A stretch of DNA of 64,000 bases from Candidatus Vogelbacteria bacterium (lineage in GTDB: Bacteria; Patescibacteriota; Minisyncoccia; Phycocordibacterales; XYD1-FULL-46-19), in contig CAIRHC010000010.1 of NCBI GenBank assembly GCA_903878275.1, positions 1,604-65,603 on the forward strand, in the 5' to 3' direction. The position numbers and the translations under genes are program-made. This document shows, in pieces, positions 62,452-64,000 of the stretch. How positions within the stretch are numbered: the first letter of the stretch is position 1; the number at the start of each line of letters is the position of its first letter. The notes under the pieces were generated by a model that did not search any database, was not told where the DNA came from, and was given only the letters and a program-made list of their open reading frames with translations.

Positions 62452-63693
62452 TTAAATCACCACTGGAAGCAAGAAAGATTGAAGAGAATTGTCTTTTTTG
62501 TTAATTCCATAAAGAGTATCCCCGTTTGGGGTCGTATTTAATTCAACCAAATCGTACTCCCCTTTTATCGGTGCCACTAGCTTCACGTTTTTGTTTAAAG
62601 CATCGACTAGCCAAATATCATCATTGAAGCCAATTTGTCCTTGATACCAAAGATCAGGAAAATTTCCAATCGGAATAGTTCTTGGCACGGCGCAATAAGC
62701 GTAGTTGGTATTTATCCAAACACATTTTTCGGGTAATGTCGCAATGCTTAATTTATCGGCTGATTCCTTTGTGACATCATAAAGATATAGCTCTAATTTA
62801 CCAAGATTGGTTTTGGAATAAAGAATTTTTTTGGCATCAGGGCTGGTGAGAGTGGTCAAGCCGCTGATATTACCGAGAATTTTATTGGAAACCAAACTTT
62901 TGGTGTTAAAAAAGTGTAAATAACCAGGCACGGTCGCTGACGGTTTTGTTTGAAGAGTAACCGTCTCTTTTTCTGGCCAGCTGGCGTCCCAATCACTAAA
63001 AGGTGTGCTTAAAATCGCTTTGGGAGTTCCTAGGTCTGGTGTATCTAAATATCCAACCGCTAGATTATTTTCTATTTTTAGATAGAAAACACTATCTTGC
63101 GTCGGATTGGTAGTAAAACTGTAAATACTGTTGCTTAGTGATTGTAAATTAATTTCATTTTCGCTAAATAAATTGGTCGAGGTGGCTTGAGAGAAAAAAC
63201 CTAATTCGTTGTCGATCTGACCATTTTTTAGCATTTGGAGAAATAAATAACGATTACCTTTGTTTTTACCAATAAAAGCTTTTTTGATGCCAGTGATGGT
63301 AGTATTGGTCAATCTTTTGTTTTTTGACTGATTTATTTGATAAAGATTACCTTTTGATTTACTGATAAAAAACACGTCAGAAGAGGAGCTGTTTTTTAGA
63401 CTAAAAATACTGGCAACATTACTTAAAAGCACATCGCTATTTATTTGATTGTCGGTAACTACTGGTGTGGTGTCTGGGTTGCCGGTACTTGTCCCGGTAT
63501 TATTGCTGGTTGTGGCGGTGATTACTGGTGTTTTATTTTCTGCTACGGGAAAAAAATTGCCAACTAGCGGAGCTGGTTTGGTGATGATTGCACTAGCTGG
63601 ACCTTTGTATTGAAGATAAAAAATATAACCAAGGACTCCCACCGTCGAGGTGAAAATAAGAATGGCGAATGTAGCTATTATTTTTTTCCACAT
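62452..63693 (-). CDS. Hypothetical membrane-anchored extracellular protein (413 aa)
   Basis: N-terminal TM MWKKIIATFAILIFTSTVGVLGYIF. Ser/Thr/Asn-rich linker. The C-terminal domain has beta-rich character. No motif assigned. Confidence 0.55.
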   Translation of the reverse strand: MWKKIIATFAILIFTSTVGVLGYIFYLQYKGPASAIITKPAPLVGNFFPVAENKTPVITATTSNNTGTSTGNPDTTPVVTDNQINSDVLLSNVASIFSLKNSSSSDVFFISKSKGNLYQINQSKNKRLTNTTITGIKKAFIGKNKGNRYLFLQMLKNGQIDNELGFFSQATSTNLFSENEINLQSLSNSIYSFTTNPTQDSVFYLKIENNLAVGYLDTPDLGTPKAILSTPFSDWDASWPEKETVTLQTKPSATVPGYLHFFNTKSLVSNKILGNISGLTTLTSPDAKKILYSKTNLGKLELYLYDVTKESADKLSIATLPEKCVWINTNYAYCAVPRTIPIGNFPDLWYQGQIGFNDDIWLVDALNKNVKLVAPIKGEYDLVELNTTPNGDTLYGINKKDNSLQSFLLPVVI

Positions 63694-63699
63694 AGTTTT

Positions 63700-63975
63700 T
63701 TAAATTGCCGATAAAAGAAGACTAAAATTTAACAAATGAGGGTTAATTATATTTAAAATAAGCCAAGAAACCGCCACAATAAACAAGCCGAGCAGGGCGT
63801 GGATTATTTTGTCTTTGCCGTCTCCTTTGGCACTCGGCAAGTCGGATACGACATAAAGTAATCCGCCCCAGACGAACATTCCAACGGCTGACATAACCAC
63901 AATAACCAAGAAAACAAAATAGATATTGGATAAATATTTCTCTAGGTTTGGAGCTGTTTCTTCTGTTTGTAACAT
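63700..63975 (-). CDS. Hypothetical small two-TM membrane protein (91 aa)
   Basis: Two hydrophobic helices separated by SDLPSAKGDGKDK. A TrbC/VirB2 pilin-like topology is possible but unsupported. Confidence 0.45.
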   Translation of the reverse strand: MLQTEETAPNLEKYLSNIYFVFLVIVVMSAVGMFVWGGLLYVVSDLPSAKGDGKDKIIHALLGLFIVAVSWLILNIINPHLLNFSLLLSAI

Positions 63976-64000
63976 AACACTGGGTTCAAGTAGTTGGTAT

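Noticed and set aside
1-64000. CRISPR arrays, rRNA genes, transposases/integrases, prophage blocks
   Set aside because: I scanned for regularly spaced direct repeats, rRNA-like conserved stretches and DDE/tyrosine-recombinase motifs. None were seen. The only repeats are the palindromic terminators, short tandem repeats and the 84-nt inverted element pair reported above.

Overview
This window reads as a gene-dense, AT-rich bacterial chromosome segment with small-genome, possibly Patescibacteria/CPR-like traits; that assignment is inference. It contains the replication-origin region: rnpA-rpmH divergent from dnaA-dnaN, DnaA-box clusters, and yidC. Most genes are housekeeping. Translation: a partial ileS, argS, tyrS, rplK, rplS, rpsT, rpmH, nusG, secE, pseudouridine synthases, tsaE, and nine tRNAs. 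DNA replication and repair: dnaA, dnaN, polA, holA-like, ruvA/B/C/X, mutM, xthA, family-4 UDG, and a Pif1-like helicase. A clustered thymidylate module is present: dut, glyA, thyA-like, folA, dCMP deaminase-like. A type IV pilus set is present: pilM/N/O and pilB. Cell envelope genes include a class A PBP, murE and dapA. A putative beta-mannoside salvage cluster has two tandem-GH130 proteins, a cupin, a PMM-like HAD and an RfaE-II-like nucleotidyltransferase. Five observations stand out. (1) A complete histidine-phosphatase (PGAM-like, RHG...AHG) domain is inserted in frame inside the type-2 IleRS catalytic core. (2) Two copies of an 84-nt structured element, with a conserved interior and a covarying outer stem, lie in inverted orientation 7.3 kb apart and bracket tyrS-PBP-dnaN-oriC-dnaA-rpmH. 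(3) A promoter-to-terminator unit with no convincing ORF (candidate ncRNA) lies between mutM and a holin-like gene. (4) A family of near-identical 26-nt GC palindromes (CCCCGCGAGCGCAAGCGCTCGCGGGG) is reused as terminators, with one copy embedded in frame in the Pif1 helicase gene. (5) Structure-rich intergenic regions with tetraloop hairpins and phased AATGAC repeats lie upstream of pilB and ruvB. No CRISPR array, rRNA or obvious transposase was seen. All calls rest on manual translation and motif recognition; no database searches were run.
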